NCBI RefSeq assembly: GCF_000981445.1
Contig: NC_027216.1
Location: forward strand, 1,116,001-1,180,000
Length of the DNA stretch: 64,000 nucleotides
DNA from: Babesia bigemina
Lineage: Eukaryota
Reading direction: 5' to 3'
Shown: positions 1 through 11,931 of the stretch, in pieces
Position numbering within the stretch: position 1 is the stretch's first letter
Layout: each line of letters opens with the position of its first letter
The notes under the pieces: model-generated
What the model saw: only the letters and a program-made list of their open reading frames with translations
What the model was told of the DNA's origin: nothing
The model's database searches: none
Program-made: the position numbers and the translations under genes

Positions 1-231
1 TTTGTGCACGAATTTAATTACACACAAATCACACCAATATAAAACTGCCATACCATATCACAGACAAAAATATAAACTGCGGTGCAATTGTTAGTATAGC
101 ACCTATGGAATCCTAACATCGGCGGATGAACCAATAGAATCCCTACCAATATCAATCTTGTATGGAACATTGTCCCGACCGTACAATACATTTTGAAGCT
201 GCCTATGGCTTTCAAAACATTGCCATCTCAT
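1..231 (-). CDS. possible 5' part of a spliced membrane protein gene running off the left edge (PAP2/dolichyl-PP phosphatase-like N-terminus is a guess)
   Basis: Intron-like GTAGGG..TTAG segment followed by hydrophobic DSIGAILTIAPQFIFLSVI; start not resolved. Confidence 0.2.
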
Positions 232-570
232 ATAGTATTCGGTTGCGCTACCGCCCGTCTCGCGCTGGAATGTAAACGAGATCTCACGGCGAGGGAGAAG
301 GCCGGCTGTCTTTTCGCCTGCACACCTTTTATAGAAGAAGACAAAATAAACCACTAACCTTCGTACGAAACCCATCTCACAAGATCGCGGACTGGGCAAA
401 TTTTCTCTGTTAAAAATAACAACAAACAAACAACGACAAACCGTAATAGAAACGGAGATTGGATTCCGTGACGACAGCGTCATCAGAAAATTTCATCGTT
501 TAAAGCTTCTGGCCACATAGTCAGCACATAAGAAATGTTTGGCAGCTCTATATCTACATAGGTGTAGCAA

Positions 571-642
571 TAGCAGCGCGCGGTTTCGATCCGCGGACCT
601 GGGGGTTATGAGCCCCCCACTCTTCCTCTGAGCTACGCTGCA
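571..642 (-). tRNA. tRNA-iMet: initiator tRNA-Met (CAT)
   Basis: TGCAGCG TA GCTC AGAGGAA GAGT G GGGGG CTCATAA CCCCC AGGTC CGCGG ATCGAAA CCGCG CGCTGCT A; G-C anticodon stem and A54/A60 T-loop typical of eukaryotic initiators. Confidence 0.95.
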
Positions 643-733
643 TCCATGGGAGACATCAATTATTAGCTCCACAAGCCTATTAATGTGCTACTTCAATGGC
701 AACGCCCCATGCGTCTATGTATTTTACTACAAT

Positions 734-1560
734 TTAAGGATTGCTGTAGCTGTCACTGACACCATCTACGGGGTGGTTTGCGTAGTCGTCGCCCAGCTGA
801 GATGTGCGGGGCATAAGAATGAATGTGTGGCCTGACCAACGTTGCCGAACGGCAACTTCGGCTATCTTCGCTCTGTATGGCATGCCGTCTGAACAATGTT
901 GACAAATGCGGTGATAACCGTCATACCAGGCGTCTGAGGAGTGTAGTACGACAGGGCCCCAACAACGAGCGCACGTTCTCCCACGCTACAAACAGTTGGA
1001 GCTAAAAACAAACAGCATACCGAGCACGAGATTGGATATAATCCACGTTACCCTGACCATAAATCACAACTTTGTGCCACGATGTTCTCACAGCTCCCAT
1101 GCGGCCGCGCTTCAAACTGTTAAACCATACGCTTAAACCTACGTCGTTTGTTGCTATGGACAACCGCAGTGCCTTGTTACCGTTACCCAGCGATACTGGC
1201 TGATCAATAAAACCAATACGCCCGCACAGGGTCACCGTATTGAGAGTGGGAGACATCTACATATGATGAATGCTACTTAATACCGCCTACCCCTTCAGGA
1301 GCGCGAGGCGCATCGTCCATAAAATAGCCACCCGCATCATGTTTGTAATATTCATCATCGGCAGGCGACATACCACCCAATTCATCTTCTTGAGATTTCA
1401 TACATTGCACCGATCCTCGAATAGGCATAGATGAGGCGAGGAAGGCTGTGCAGACGGACGAGTTGGACAGACGAAGACAGTTGCCGTGCGCAAGCAGGGC
1501 GACCATGCAAAATAACGGAAGGACGCGACCCTTACGCTTCCATAATTCGAACATTCCCAT
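734..1560 (-). CDS. SSB: bacterial-type single-stranded DNA-binding protein, probably apicoplast-targeted (spliced)
   Basis: LNTVTLCGRIG...LSIATND...TSWHKVVIYG OB-fold motifs; hydrophobic N-terminal leader; TAA at 734-736. Confidence 0.85.
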
Positions 1561-1627
1561 TGCGATATTTCCTCGATGGGATTTCAAAAGACAAACAAAA
1601 GGAAATGTGCAAATCGCACAACATCCT

Positions 1628-2564
1628 TTATCCAAACAGACGTTGACGGGTACATTCGGGGTCCTTCGTTTTCAGATAGGTGCTCACATCCTGCACACAT
1701 CTCAATAAAATGGTGTCAGTAACTACCTCTAGGTGTTTGCCGAAGTGATTAAGGCGTTCCTTGAGCGTATTATAGCGATAAGTAATGTTCTCGACAATAC
1801 GGAATTCGTTGGCTCTTTGCAGATTACATTCTAAAAGCTCGATAAACTTGTAGTCAGCATTCTAGTAACTATTGTCGGCAACGAAACAACAACTCACTTG
1901 AACAAACTGAAGGGTTCCCTCGCCGCCATTTAGAAAGATGAAGGCAAGAAACGATCTGGTAGACAGTGATATGTCATTCGAGGCAGACAAACTCGCTCTC
2001 TATACATGAAAGTATCATACGGCTGAGAGTGTCAGCATAATCCGCAAATTCAGCAGTTAGACGTTGTCTCTTACAAATTACATCGTAATCATCACGTGTG
2101 ACCCTGCACTTTCATGGAAGCGTGAATCGGCATCTACCGTTTTAAAAGTCGAATCATGACGTAGCTTACACACACAAATAGACAACTGCAAACATTTAAC
2201 ATAGTGATGTAGATCAACGAAACAGAATTGTCGTAATAGACACACCTGTGAATGTAGTTAAAAAACAGATCTGATTCTGATGTGATCTCCAACTCAACTA
2301 CGTCATTCTGCAAAAACAATGAACAATAAGGTTGCCTAAAGGTACCCCGCGTGTCACTTTGAAGTTAAAGTGGCCCTTCGTGCCTCCAAGATCCGATACC
2401 GTGCCACGTACCTCGGCTTTGCATTCACCCAAAAATAACGTACACATCCCATTACCTGTTCCAGTATAATATGAAATACATTGCAGTTATCTCTTACCCA
2501 GTGCTGGGTCAATCAAAGACGATCGATTTGGGGGCGATTTAGACATCGCTTCGGGAATAGGCAT
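1628..2564 (-). CDS. SAS6L: SAS6-like protein (SAS-6 N-terminal domain), multi-exon
   Basis: ELEITSESDLFFNY, FVQ|NADYKFIELL, ITYRYNTLKERL, YLKTKDP match the SAS6L pattern; short protein without a long coiled coil. Confidence 0.75.
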
Positions 2565-2759
2565 CCCTTCGAACACAAATATCGACTAAGTAACTTAGTT
2601 GCATTAATAATATGTCAAGCATTTATATACACACAAATATCAAGCTAAATGAGGCGGAAACTTGCCTAATAGACTATCTCTACACCCATCCGAACCCACC
2701 AATGGGACAACTGGTGGTAGCTATCCAAAGCGCTCAGGTGTAAACATAATATACGATGA

Positions 2760-3786
2760 ATGGGTTTGTTTAATGCGATCAAGCGTCTGCCGTTGATATG
2801 CGTGCAGCAGGCTTTTGGCCTGTGCTGCTGCATCCTCAAACTGGCTCGATGGACCACAGTAAGCCTATGTAAACGAACGCGTCGCTTCTTCGAGCATGTG
2901 TTAACGGGCATAGTGAATGAACCCGAAAGGGTTCTAATAATAGGTATACGCAATGCCGGGAAAAGCGCATTGCTGTACCGTATCAAGCTGGGAGAGTTCA
3001 TCCAAACCGTAGGATACAATTACACACTTATATGTAGTGTACAGGTTCCAACGAACAGTTTCATTGAGGAAGAGTGTTACTTATGCTCGGTATGCCTCAT
3101 ACCGGTCGATACATGTGTGCACTGCAAAATGAATAATGCAAAAGGCATTCATTTGCAACTGTGCGAATTTGGCATTGCCGACGAAGGGGACACTGTGGAA
3201 AATCACTTGAGGGTAAAGTCTCCACCGTTGACAAATAATCAATTGCAGTATGCGTCCAAGGTTGTATTCCTTCTAGACGGATCTGAATACCCTTATCGGG
3301 ATGCCACGTTGCGTGATATCGTGAAAATAGTAACGCAACACAACTTTTTCCACCAATCTCCGAAGTACGTAATATTCAACAACAAAACGGTAAGAAACGA
3401 GTCGCAAATTTTGTTATGTACTCGAGTAAATATGCCAACGAAAACGAAAATGAGAAAGGAAAATACAGTGATTGAGCCCAGCAAATTACACAAGCATGTG
3501 CATCCATAAGATATAAGTAGCCGACGCATTAATAAGTCTTGCAGGACATAGTTGGAAGCTCTACAAATTGCTGTTTAGATTTTATACAGCTGCAAGAACA
3601 TATTAAAATCAGGTGCGTAAGGACGGCGAAAGTGAATAAATTACATCTAGAACCCTTTGGGTGAATGGCAGCGCTCTGACTGGACAAGGGATTGTTGACG
3701 CTCTGTCATTCCTGCTGTTTGATGATCCATTGAAAGGTATCTTGCGGGAGAACAAACAAAAAGAGGACCTGATCCAGTTCGGGTAA
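2760..3786 (+). CDS. divergent ARF/ARL-family small GTPase
   Basis: GIRNAGKS P-loop, LYRIKLGEFIQT|VPT, NNKT G4, GSALTGQG G5; N-terminal MG and Cys cluster. Confidence 0.75.
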
Positions 3787-4267
3787 TGCTTCGCGCCGGA
3801 TCAAGACGCTGCTGGTTCATCGGTCAAAAACGAAAGCACGACAGTGTTTTCTGCCAGCAGAATGTGATTCTGCCACAGCATTGTATCACACACATTGTTC
3901 TTACTTTGTAAAAAAAATCCTTCACGCTGAAATCAGGGATGGGATCCGAGCCATCTGCGCGGTGTTGCTGTCTATTTTTACTTCCTACCTCGTTCTTCAA
4001 CCTGAAAAGTTATAAACGAAGCTACAATATATGCGTACCTTTATGTCAGCAACGTGTAGTGATTGCGCAGAAAATGCCGAACAGCAGACGCAAAGCAGAA
4101 GACAGAGAAGAATCCGGCTGCATCTCGTCGGAAAACCCATTGTATATAATTCTCCTGTGCACATTATACGTAACTAATTCTACATAATAACGGTCTTCAA
4201 GTTGTAAGCCTAAGCGAACGTCATATACAAGAACACGTAGTGTGTACGGGAATTGCAATCAGACGAC

Positions 4268-6361
4268 ATGGTGGGTAATCCGACATATTCCGCAATTGTA
4301 TACATAGTTATCCATATTGGTTGTATTGTAGAGAAATATTTGGCATAGAATCATACACTGTGTTGCGTCAATACCAAATCGCGTCCATGTATCATGAGTG
4401 CTTGGTTACACGTGTCTTCCACCGCACAACATATATCAGAAGTATTCATCACCAACGCAACTGATTTTGGATCCGGCGGAACTCACTTTGCACAAGAGAA
4501 TTGCACGAGGCGCATTCGGTTCGGTGTATCTTGCAACGGACCTCAGTGGTAAAACGTATGCGATTAAGAGAACGAGAAAATTGTATGTGGTATGGGCACT
4601 TTTTAACGAAATATGATGCAGTGGCATGAAACGGTCTCGAGAATTGGTTAATCTGGGGCTTTGTAAGGATGCCGAAAATGTCATGCAGTACATGGGCACA
4701 TTTTACACTAGAAACCGCAGCGGGATTATCATGCAGAACTCGCTTCTAGAACATATTCCCTACAGCTTACGCTCATTCATACGAGTATTAAAGCAGAAAG
4801 GTGGCTTAGCCCACTGTGGAGTGAGGCGTACGGCAGAGACGCCTTTACAGGGGAAAGATTGCACACTTCGCCATCACGAATCAACGTCAACGCCATATGA
4901 GGGAACCACAAGCGCGAGATTAGATGTCGTTATTCTTCATCTTTTAACGTTAGTTTAGCGAAAACTGGTAATATAGTTCTCAGCGATGTTATGAATGGAA
5001 TGATAGAATTGCATGCCCGAGGACTAGTACACAGAGACCTCAAACCAGACAATGTGCTTGTTAGTTATACATGATAGAATGGATCATTTTCATTTTTGAT
5101 GGCATGGAAAATGTTGAACTTTTGAGCAGTATCTGGCGTTTCCATAATGGGTATGCCAAGGACAACACAAAACATCACCCTTTATCGGATCACTGACTTT
5201 ATAGTGATTGGGATGTTGAGAAAGACGTATCATTAGGGGTGTAATAAATGTCAAACAGCCTTTGCAATCACCATCATAATTCATTAGTGCTTAAATGCCC
5301 CCAAATGCCATAAAATAAACCGCAGATTGATGATGACCACCTACCTACAATTGCAAAAATATGCGATCTGGGTAAGCGTAGAAAGTCGATGTTGTACGAA
5401 AATACGCATTTCAGGATCCGCAAAAAAAATTAATCGGCTCTGCTTGACCAACAGGTCAGACATGGACTTGAAGCAAACACCATCGACACCATACGTGTGT
5501 TCTAGATGGTACCGTGCTCCCGAACTTCTTTTTGGAAACACATTTTACACGGTATGTCATGAGTTTACCACGAATAACACTTAACAAATGTTGCTCATAG
5601 TGACGTTACCGTACGTACACCACATCCCTCACCATGAATGTGCCCTTTTTTATACGCACTACATCAATATCTAACCATTGAGCAGGAATCGGTGGACAAC
5701 TGGTGTAAGTCTATTCACCAGGATAACAAAATAAGTAGCATTTGGCTGCATGTGCGCTGAAATGCTTCTGCTACGCCCTCTATTCGCTTCTACCGATGAG
5801 TTGGTCTATTTACACCGTGTGTAATGAGCAATATGATTCAGGAGTGACGCACGACAAGTAATCACGTTGATTGATGTGTTGGGGAGTCCTTCAAAGTGAG
5901 CCCAATACCGATGGTAGCACATGCCTTGCAGGGCAGAATTAAAGAGATTACTCGATGGTGCTCCTAGCGTTTCCATAGTAAGTGAATCTCACGGATTAAA
6001 TCATATTTAACAGCGGAAACAGCTTGGTTTATTATTCTTGGTGAAGCACTCAAAAGGATCCCTTCGAATGGTCCTCACCGACGTAGCTAAAGGGTATAAT
6101 GGCGTGGAAATTGCATTGAAAATCTTTTTACATCCATATATCTGTACACATCAAGGTAGACACGCACATCGCAGGAACACAAGACTGATGGCAGTTGCCA
6201 GCGTCGCATACAACCTTCTCCGATGGTAAGCCCCTATTTATTACTGCAAGTAAAAAATAATGAGGATGTGATCCGTTATTTTACTTAGGTGCCCAGAAGA
6301 TAGAATTTCACTGGAAGACGCACGCAAAATACTTAATGCCGGATGCACACGTGCCGTCTAG
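4268..6361 (+). CDS. CMGC Ser/Thr kinase, GSK3/shaggy-like, many exons (start approximate)
   Basis: ARGAFGSVY, YAIKR, RSRELVNL, HRDLKPDN, ICDL|GSAK, TPYVCSRWYRAPELLFG; TAG 6359-6361. Confidence 0.85.
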
Positions 6362-6439
6362 CAACAGGCAAATGGGTTAACGATACCCTAAAAAACATCT
6401 TGATCCAGCAAACTGAAGTTTAGAAACTGTTTTATAGCC

Positions 6440-8270
6440 ATGTGCCTCTGTGTGTACCATGAGCGCTTCTTACGTGGTCCGAATCGAACTGAGAGTACCT
6501 TGATGCCACAACAAAACGGTCCATGTGTGGCACGCCACGCGAACAAACGACTCACACATCATCCACACAGTTGTAACTCGACGTAGGAGACTAAATCTGG
6601 TGTGCTTAATATGAAGGAGGAAATATCACAGCTTGTGGACTCTCGAGGAAGACGACCAGCATCTAACGACGACGCATTCAAACTATACAGCTTTTCATCA
6701 TCCATCCCGCTTTTCAGACGGAAGTACGACTGGAATGTGCCAAAATGGGAGCCTGATCAAATAAGACGGCTGCACATTGCAGTCTATAACCAGCTTACAA
6801 AGGATCTGACTGGCGGTCCTGCGGGACTCGATTCTCGCCTAAAACCTGCAGAAATATCCAAGATATCCCAACTGCTCGATGTGTCACATGCACGACTGTT
6901 GTACGGGATATACCTTGATTTAGGACCGACACGGATGGCCGATGTCATAGTTGATCTCTTGCGCGGAGACAATTTTGTAAGTCTTGTAGAAGCAATGAGA
7001 AAGGATTCGGGCGCTTTCATCCGGCTATTTTCAACATCTGCGGACTCATACCATGAAGAAAGAACTACAAGCTGTGTGATCGAGGCGCAACCAGAAAATA
7101 CTACCGTAGACCTGGCATCCCTCTGGTCTCGGGTGGCAGATGATGTTAATGACAACGGCAAAAGTACAAAGCACAAGCTTGCCACAGAGTGCTGCACCAT
7201 TTTTCTTAATTCAAAACCAGATGGGTCGCTCATAGAGACGGTTACGAGAAAGGAGATTACAAAGTTCCGCCAGTATACTGCCACGCTGCCACCAAATGAC
7301 GATTATCTGCAGAGGTGCGTGATTATTGTCAGGGCCATTTAAACTATATTATTCAGGGGTGCGGAAATTGCGCAAGAGTTGGGACTAACCCTCTACCAGC
7401 TGCTGAAGGCTGATTCCAGGCCGGATCAACTTTCAAGCAAACGTTGGGAACACCATGATGACGAACGCCTGATACAACTTGTGCAGAGGCAAGTAAACAT
7501 TAATGCTCGCGGGCCTAAACGTTCCAATTCACTATGCTGGAGAACCGTAGCCCGGCAAATGGGAAACAAGACAAACGAACAGTGTAGACTGAGATGGAGA
7601 GCCATAGGGAACACCACGCTCTGCAACGAAGCCTTCGACGATTCGCAGCTTTACATGTTGCAAATATTACACGCGGCGTATGGAGATAACTGGCACAAAA
7701 TAGCGAAATTGATGCCAGGGAAGCAAGCTCATCAATGCAGAAGCAAGTTTCTATCATGCCTTTCCCAACCAGATAGGACTGACTACATCAAATACTACTA
7801 CGACCTCAAGAATGCAATCACTAACCGTAATGCAGCTGTAAATGTGCGCAAGTGGTGGGCACGTGTGGATTGTTTGGGAATGAAGATGCTGAAAATTGCC
7901 AACATCACAAAGAACACAGTCATCATGAACGTGCTGGGCGACTTTTACAGGTCGGAAGAAATCATACGACGCATCAACAGGCTATTCGGAGACGAGTCGC
8001 TAAAGCGCACACATACCCTAAATGGCGTCGATGTGCTAATAGTGGCGGAGTATCTCAGGCAGTACTCCTCCCACATGGTGTGCAAAATACTAAACAGCGT
8101 TGTCGTGTCGCTGCTAAAGGTTAGTTGGAAATATCTTACGAAAAGTATTGTCACAGAAATCAAAGTCTGGACACGCAAACGATTTCAGAAACATATTCGA
8201 TTTGGGGCACGTTGACGAGTCGCAATTCGCCAATGCACTTAAAAGGCTTCTGGACCTTTCATGGCCATAG
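6440..8270 (+). CDS. Myb-repeat DNA-binding protein (possibly SNAPc4-like); start uncertain
   Basis: Tandem Myb repeats WEHHDDERL..WRTVARQMGNKTNEQCRLRW and YGDNWHKIAKLMPGKQAHQCRSKF; ORFs joined by short introns. Confidence 0.75.
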
Positions 8271-8380
8271 CGGCAAAACACACCTGCAGGGCGTACCATA
8301 GGGTGCCAAATCCAAAAAAACACACAATGTAGCTACGACGCGAAGCGTCGGATGTCAAAACTATCAAATGCTTAGCGTCA

Positions 8381-9417
8381 CTAGTCTTTCACTAGCGTCG
8401 ACACAGTGAGGTAGCCTGTGTGGTTTACCTGTGCCAGCTGGTAGCAGGAAAAATTGCCCAAGTCGTCGAAACCGATGCCCCAAGGCTTGCAAAGGACTTC
8501 AAATGTCTTTATCTCTGAGTCTAATGACAGCACGCAATTGTATATGCCCACCTATGAAGCCCGACTCAGACATAACCTTAGAAATGCGTTGCGATTGCTC
8601 TACAGTCGGTGAAAAAGTCACCAGCTTCCCAAAGTTCTTCAGCACAACCTTTGCGTTATCAAGAGCATCCCACGGCGATGGTAAATCGAAAAACAACGAG
8701 TCGATGGATGATTCACATACTGCACCCTCCACAAGGAATGCGCCAGGAGCGTAAGCATCACGATCGTAAGCGCTGATGTATTCTGTCAGCTTACAGTTGC
8801 TGAAAAATTCTCTGAACGCATTAAACGGGATAACTCGCCACTAACTCTGCATATTGTCGCCGCTGGTTGTGGAAGTCGAAGGTAAATACGTGGCCCGTAG
8901 GCGCCACGGTCGTCGCTAACGTGTAGCTCAGTGAACCTGAACCCGTACCTGTCGGTGGTGATATGGCGTCTCTATGCGAACCTACCGCATTCAACCACGC
9001 GTTTTCCCGGGCAAAGGTCCAGAAGCATCACAGCCAGCGATATGTCAGCTCTATACTGCGTACAATGATTCTAAATCCACACATCCATACCAATATCTGG
9101 GTGCGATGCGTAACGGTACGAGTAATCAGCTCGCCAGTGGGCTGCAGCAACACAGACCAGCGATCAGCGACTGAGTCCCAAAAGAACTGTATTCATTGTT
9201 AAAAATACAACGTCCGACACACCTTCTGGCCATATTGTCGGCCTATGACCTTGCACAGATCGAAAATATCTCCCTTTCGATGCAAGAGGCGCTTGTCTCC
9301 TGAGTTGGCCGCTTGCTGCTTGTTACCAATAACTCCCTGGTATTCGGGAATTTGGCATAGAAGAAGCCCTTCAGGACCCGTGTAGAGAATAGCAGGGTCA
9401 CCGGGGGCGATCTCCAT
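8381..9417 (-). CDS. TRM61: tRNA (adenine58-N1)-methyltransferase catalytic subunit
   Basis: GTGSGSLSYTLA SAM motif, FTFDFH, FFDLPSPW, FSPTVEQ, C-terminal HTGYLT. Confidence 0.9.
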
Positions 9418-9570
9418 AGGAAGAAGGCGCTTAACAACTAAAGATTCAGACACTGCCAATCCCCCACACACTCCGCAGAAATACGAGACCTGGTAAAACA
9501 GTCGCTTAATAAGACACGTCTATTCCTACATCAAACGATAGTACACTAATTTTTGTTCATTGTCTACATA

Positions 9571-10617
9571 ATGGGGAGGCAGCCGAAACTCCTCACCAAG
9601 GCGAATGGCGTCAGTAAGTGACTCAGCAGAGGGAACAATTGTGATCGTAGCGTCCGTGAGAGTTATACTGCTTTTAATATCCATGAAATATGTCAATGAA
9701 AATCCTTTGACATTCATTGGATTGTATACGGCGAGCCAACTGCTGGATATGGTCGACGGTTTCGTGTCCAGGTACTTCAACGAAGGTGTGTTAAATGCAA
9801 CGAACAACACGAGTTATATCTTACAGCGACGTTAGTCGGTGCTGCATTCGACCAATTGCTAGATCGTATGACTTCTTCGTATGTTTGCTTCCTTAACGCA
9901 AAACAGTATCCGCAATACTTGGAAGGTATGTATCCTGCCAACACGTCAGTGCTACCCGAATTACCAACGATACGTCACACTGTTATGTGTAAAAGTTGAC
10001 GCTGCACTTTCTGTCATTGTTTATTCTGCAACAGCGTTCTACGCGGCTATGGTAATAGATGTCTGCGGGCACTGGCTACACAACTACGCGTAAGTTACCA
10101 AGCAAGCCAATTCATTAACGTCAGATGCGCGCTTTACTCTAACACAAACCACAAAGATGTGAAAGACGCAAATGTTGTTTTGAGGGTGTACTACCAAAAA
10201 AAGTGTAAGTTCTTGATGAGGAGTAAGATTACGACGTTTCACAAGACGTCGCTTAAGGTTATGGGATCATAACCTATGCATATGTCTTGTTTGGGTGTGA
10301 TTAATACTTTCCCACGCCATTTTCTATTTTCATACCTGGAACACGACTCACTCTGCATCAGGGTTGATGTTTGCATCCATCGTAATGTACGAGACATTCT
10401 TCTGTGCGCTGTACCTTAGGCCCATGTACCAGATGAACATACGCATTTACTACGTTCTGACATCCATCATGTACGCAGCGGCGCCCTTGTGTGCTTACAA
10501 AACGGTATGTTACCTACACAACGAATGTACATCCCACTACAGCTGACCAACATTCTGCAAGGAATGTATGGGTGTTCTAGAATTATGAAATATGACGTAG
10601 AAATCGCAAAGAACTGA
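9571..10617 (+). CDS. PIS: phosphatidylinositol synthase (CDP-alcohol phosphatidyltransferase)
   Basis: LDMVDGFVSRYFN..GAAFDQLLDR CDP-alcohol motif; DVCGHWLH; NHKD..LRVYY. Confidence 0.9.
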
Positions 10618-10719
10618 AGTATGATCACTGAGTTTAGTACGCCTGCCAGACGGGTACGCCAAAGGGCAGACTTCCACTACAAATCTGTTACACACTTGCA
10701 TTTCGAAAACACAAATAAG

Positions 10720-11910
10720 ATGTCAAATCCTGCAGATATAGAACGGAAAGCGCGTAAAAGCTCGAAAGGGCTGTTCCGGTTCTTTTTTGGTGGCGCCGAC
10801 GAGGATGCGCACGACCTATTCAACCAGGCGGCTAATCTTTACAAGCAGCAAAAGCAATGTAGGTATCATGTATGTGGAGTTCTTCGGTGTTGGTATGACG
10901 TTGTTTGATGCCAAATATGTCTATGCGATCCTTTAAGCGCCTACAGGGAAGGACGCCGCGAGGTGCTACCTTGAAGCTGCGGCCAAAGGAGAAAAGGAAA
11001 ATGAACACATATTTGCTGCTAGCAATCTTGTAGAAGCGGCAAATGCGATGCTGAAGAACGACGAACACAGTTAGTCCTACTCGACCTTGCCACATTATCG
11101 CCACGTAGCGGTGGAGCACATAGACCCACTAATGCGTGCCGCCAATATCTACAACCAACAAGGACGGTTTGCACAGAGTGGGCGTATAATGAAAATCGCT
11201 GCGGAAGAATTCGAAGCAAAGGGGGATCACTTGAATGCCATAGACTTTTACCTAAAGGCTGCCGAGTTCTACGAACTGGATGAATTTGGAAAGGTTGCAG
11301 GATCGCAAGCACGGCTGAAGTACGCAGAATTGGCTTCTCAGTATGCAGAAAAGTACGCCGATGCCATCAAGGTACGCGATGCTACATGATATCAGCATAT
11401 AAATCGCAGATATTTGAGACCGAGGGGCACAAAAATCTCAAGAATCAACTGTTGCAGTATGGAGTAAAAGACATCTTTCTTAAAGCTGGGATACTTCATC
11501 TGGTGGCATGTGATGCTACTGACGCTCAAATAGCCTACAACAAATATGCTGAGGCGGATCCGAAGTTCGCTCCATCCAGAGAAGGACAATTCTTAAGCGT
11601 AAGAAACACTGTAGACTATGGAAGGTCATTAATATGCAGGCCATCATAAGCTCTTGTGACGCGGAAGATGGCGAGCTCTTCCAAAAGGCCATGTATGTTC
11701 GATTTGCACCTGCCTAAAACGATACAGTGCGGATTTCGATGCGATCGCTAGATTGGATCCGTGGAAAGTCCATATGCTAATAAAGGTGCGTTCATATTTG
11801 TGTGTAATTATAGTGAGTAGATTAAGGCAACTCTACCTGCGGCGCGCGACGACGTAGGGGCACCACCTGCGGAGGATGGTGATTCTGACGATGAAATCGA
11901 CCTCACTTAG
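10720..11910 (+). CDS. SNAP: alpha-soluble NSF attachment protein
   Basis: DLFNQAANLYK, GRFAQSGRIMK, KYAEADPKFAPSREGQFL, LDPWK, acidic tail EIDLT. Confidence 0.9.
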
Positions 11911-11931
11911 GTTTATGTTTAGTCCAATATC

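Noticed and set aside
571..9417. TRM61 near its substrate tRNA-iMet
   Set aside because: About 8 kb and five unrelated genes apart; no evidence of functional linkage
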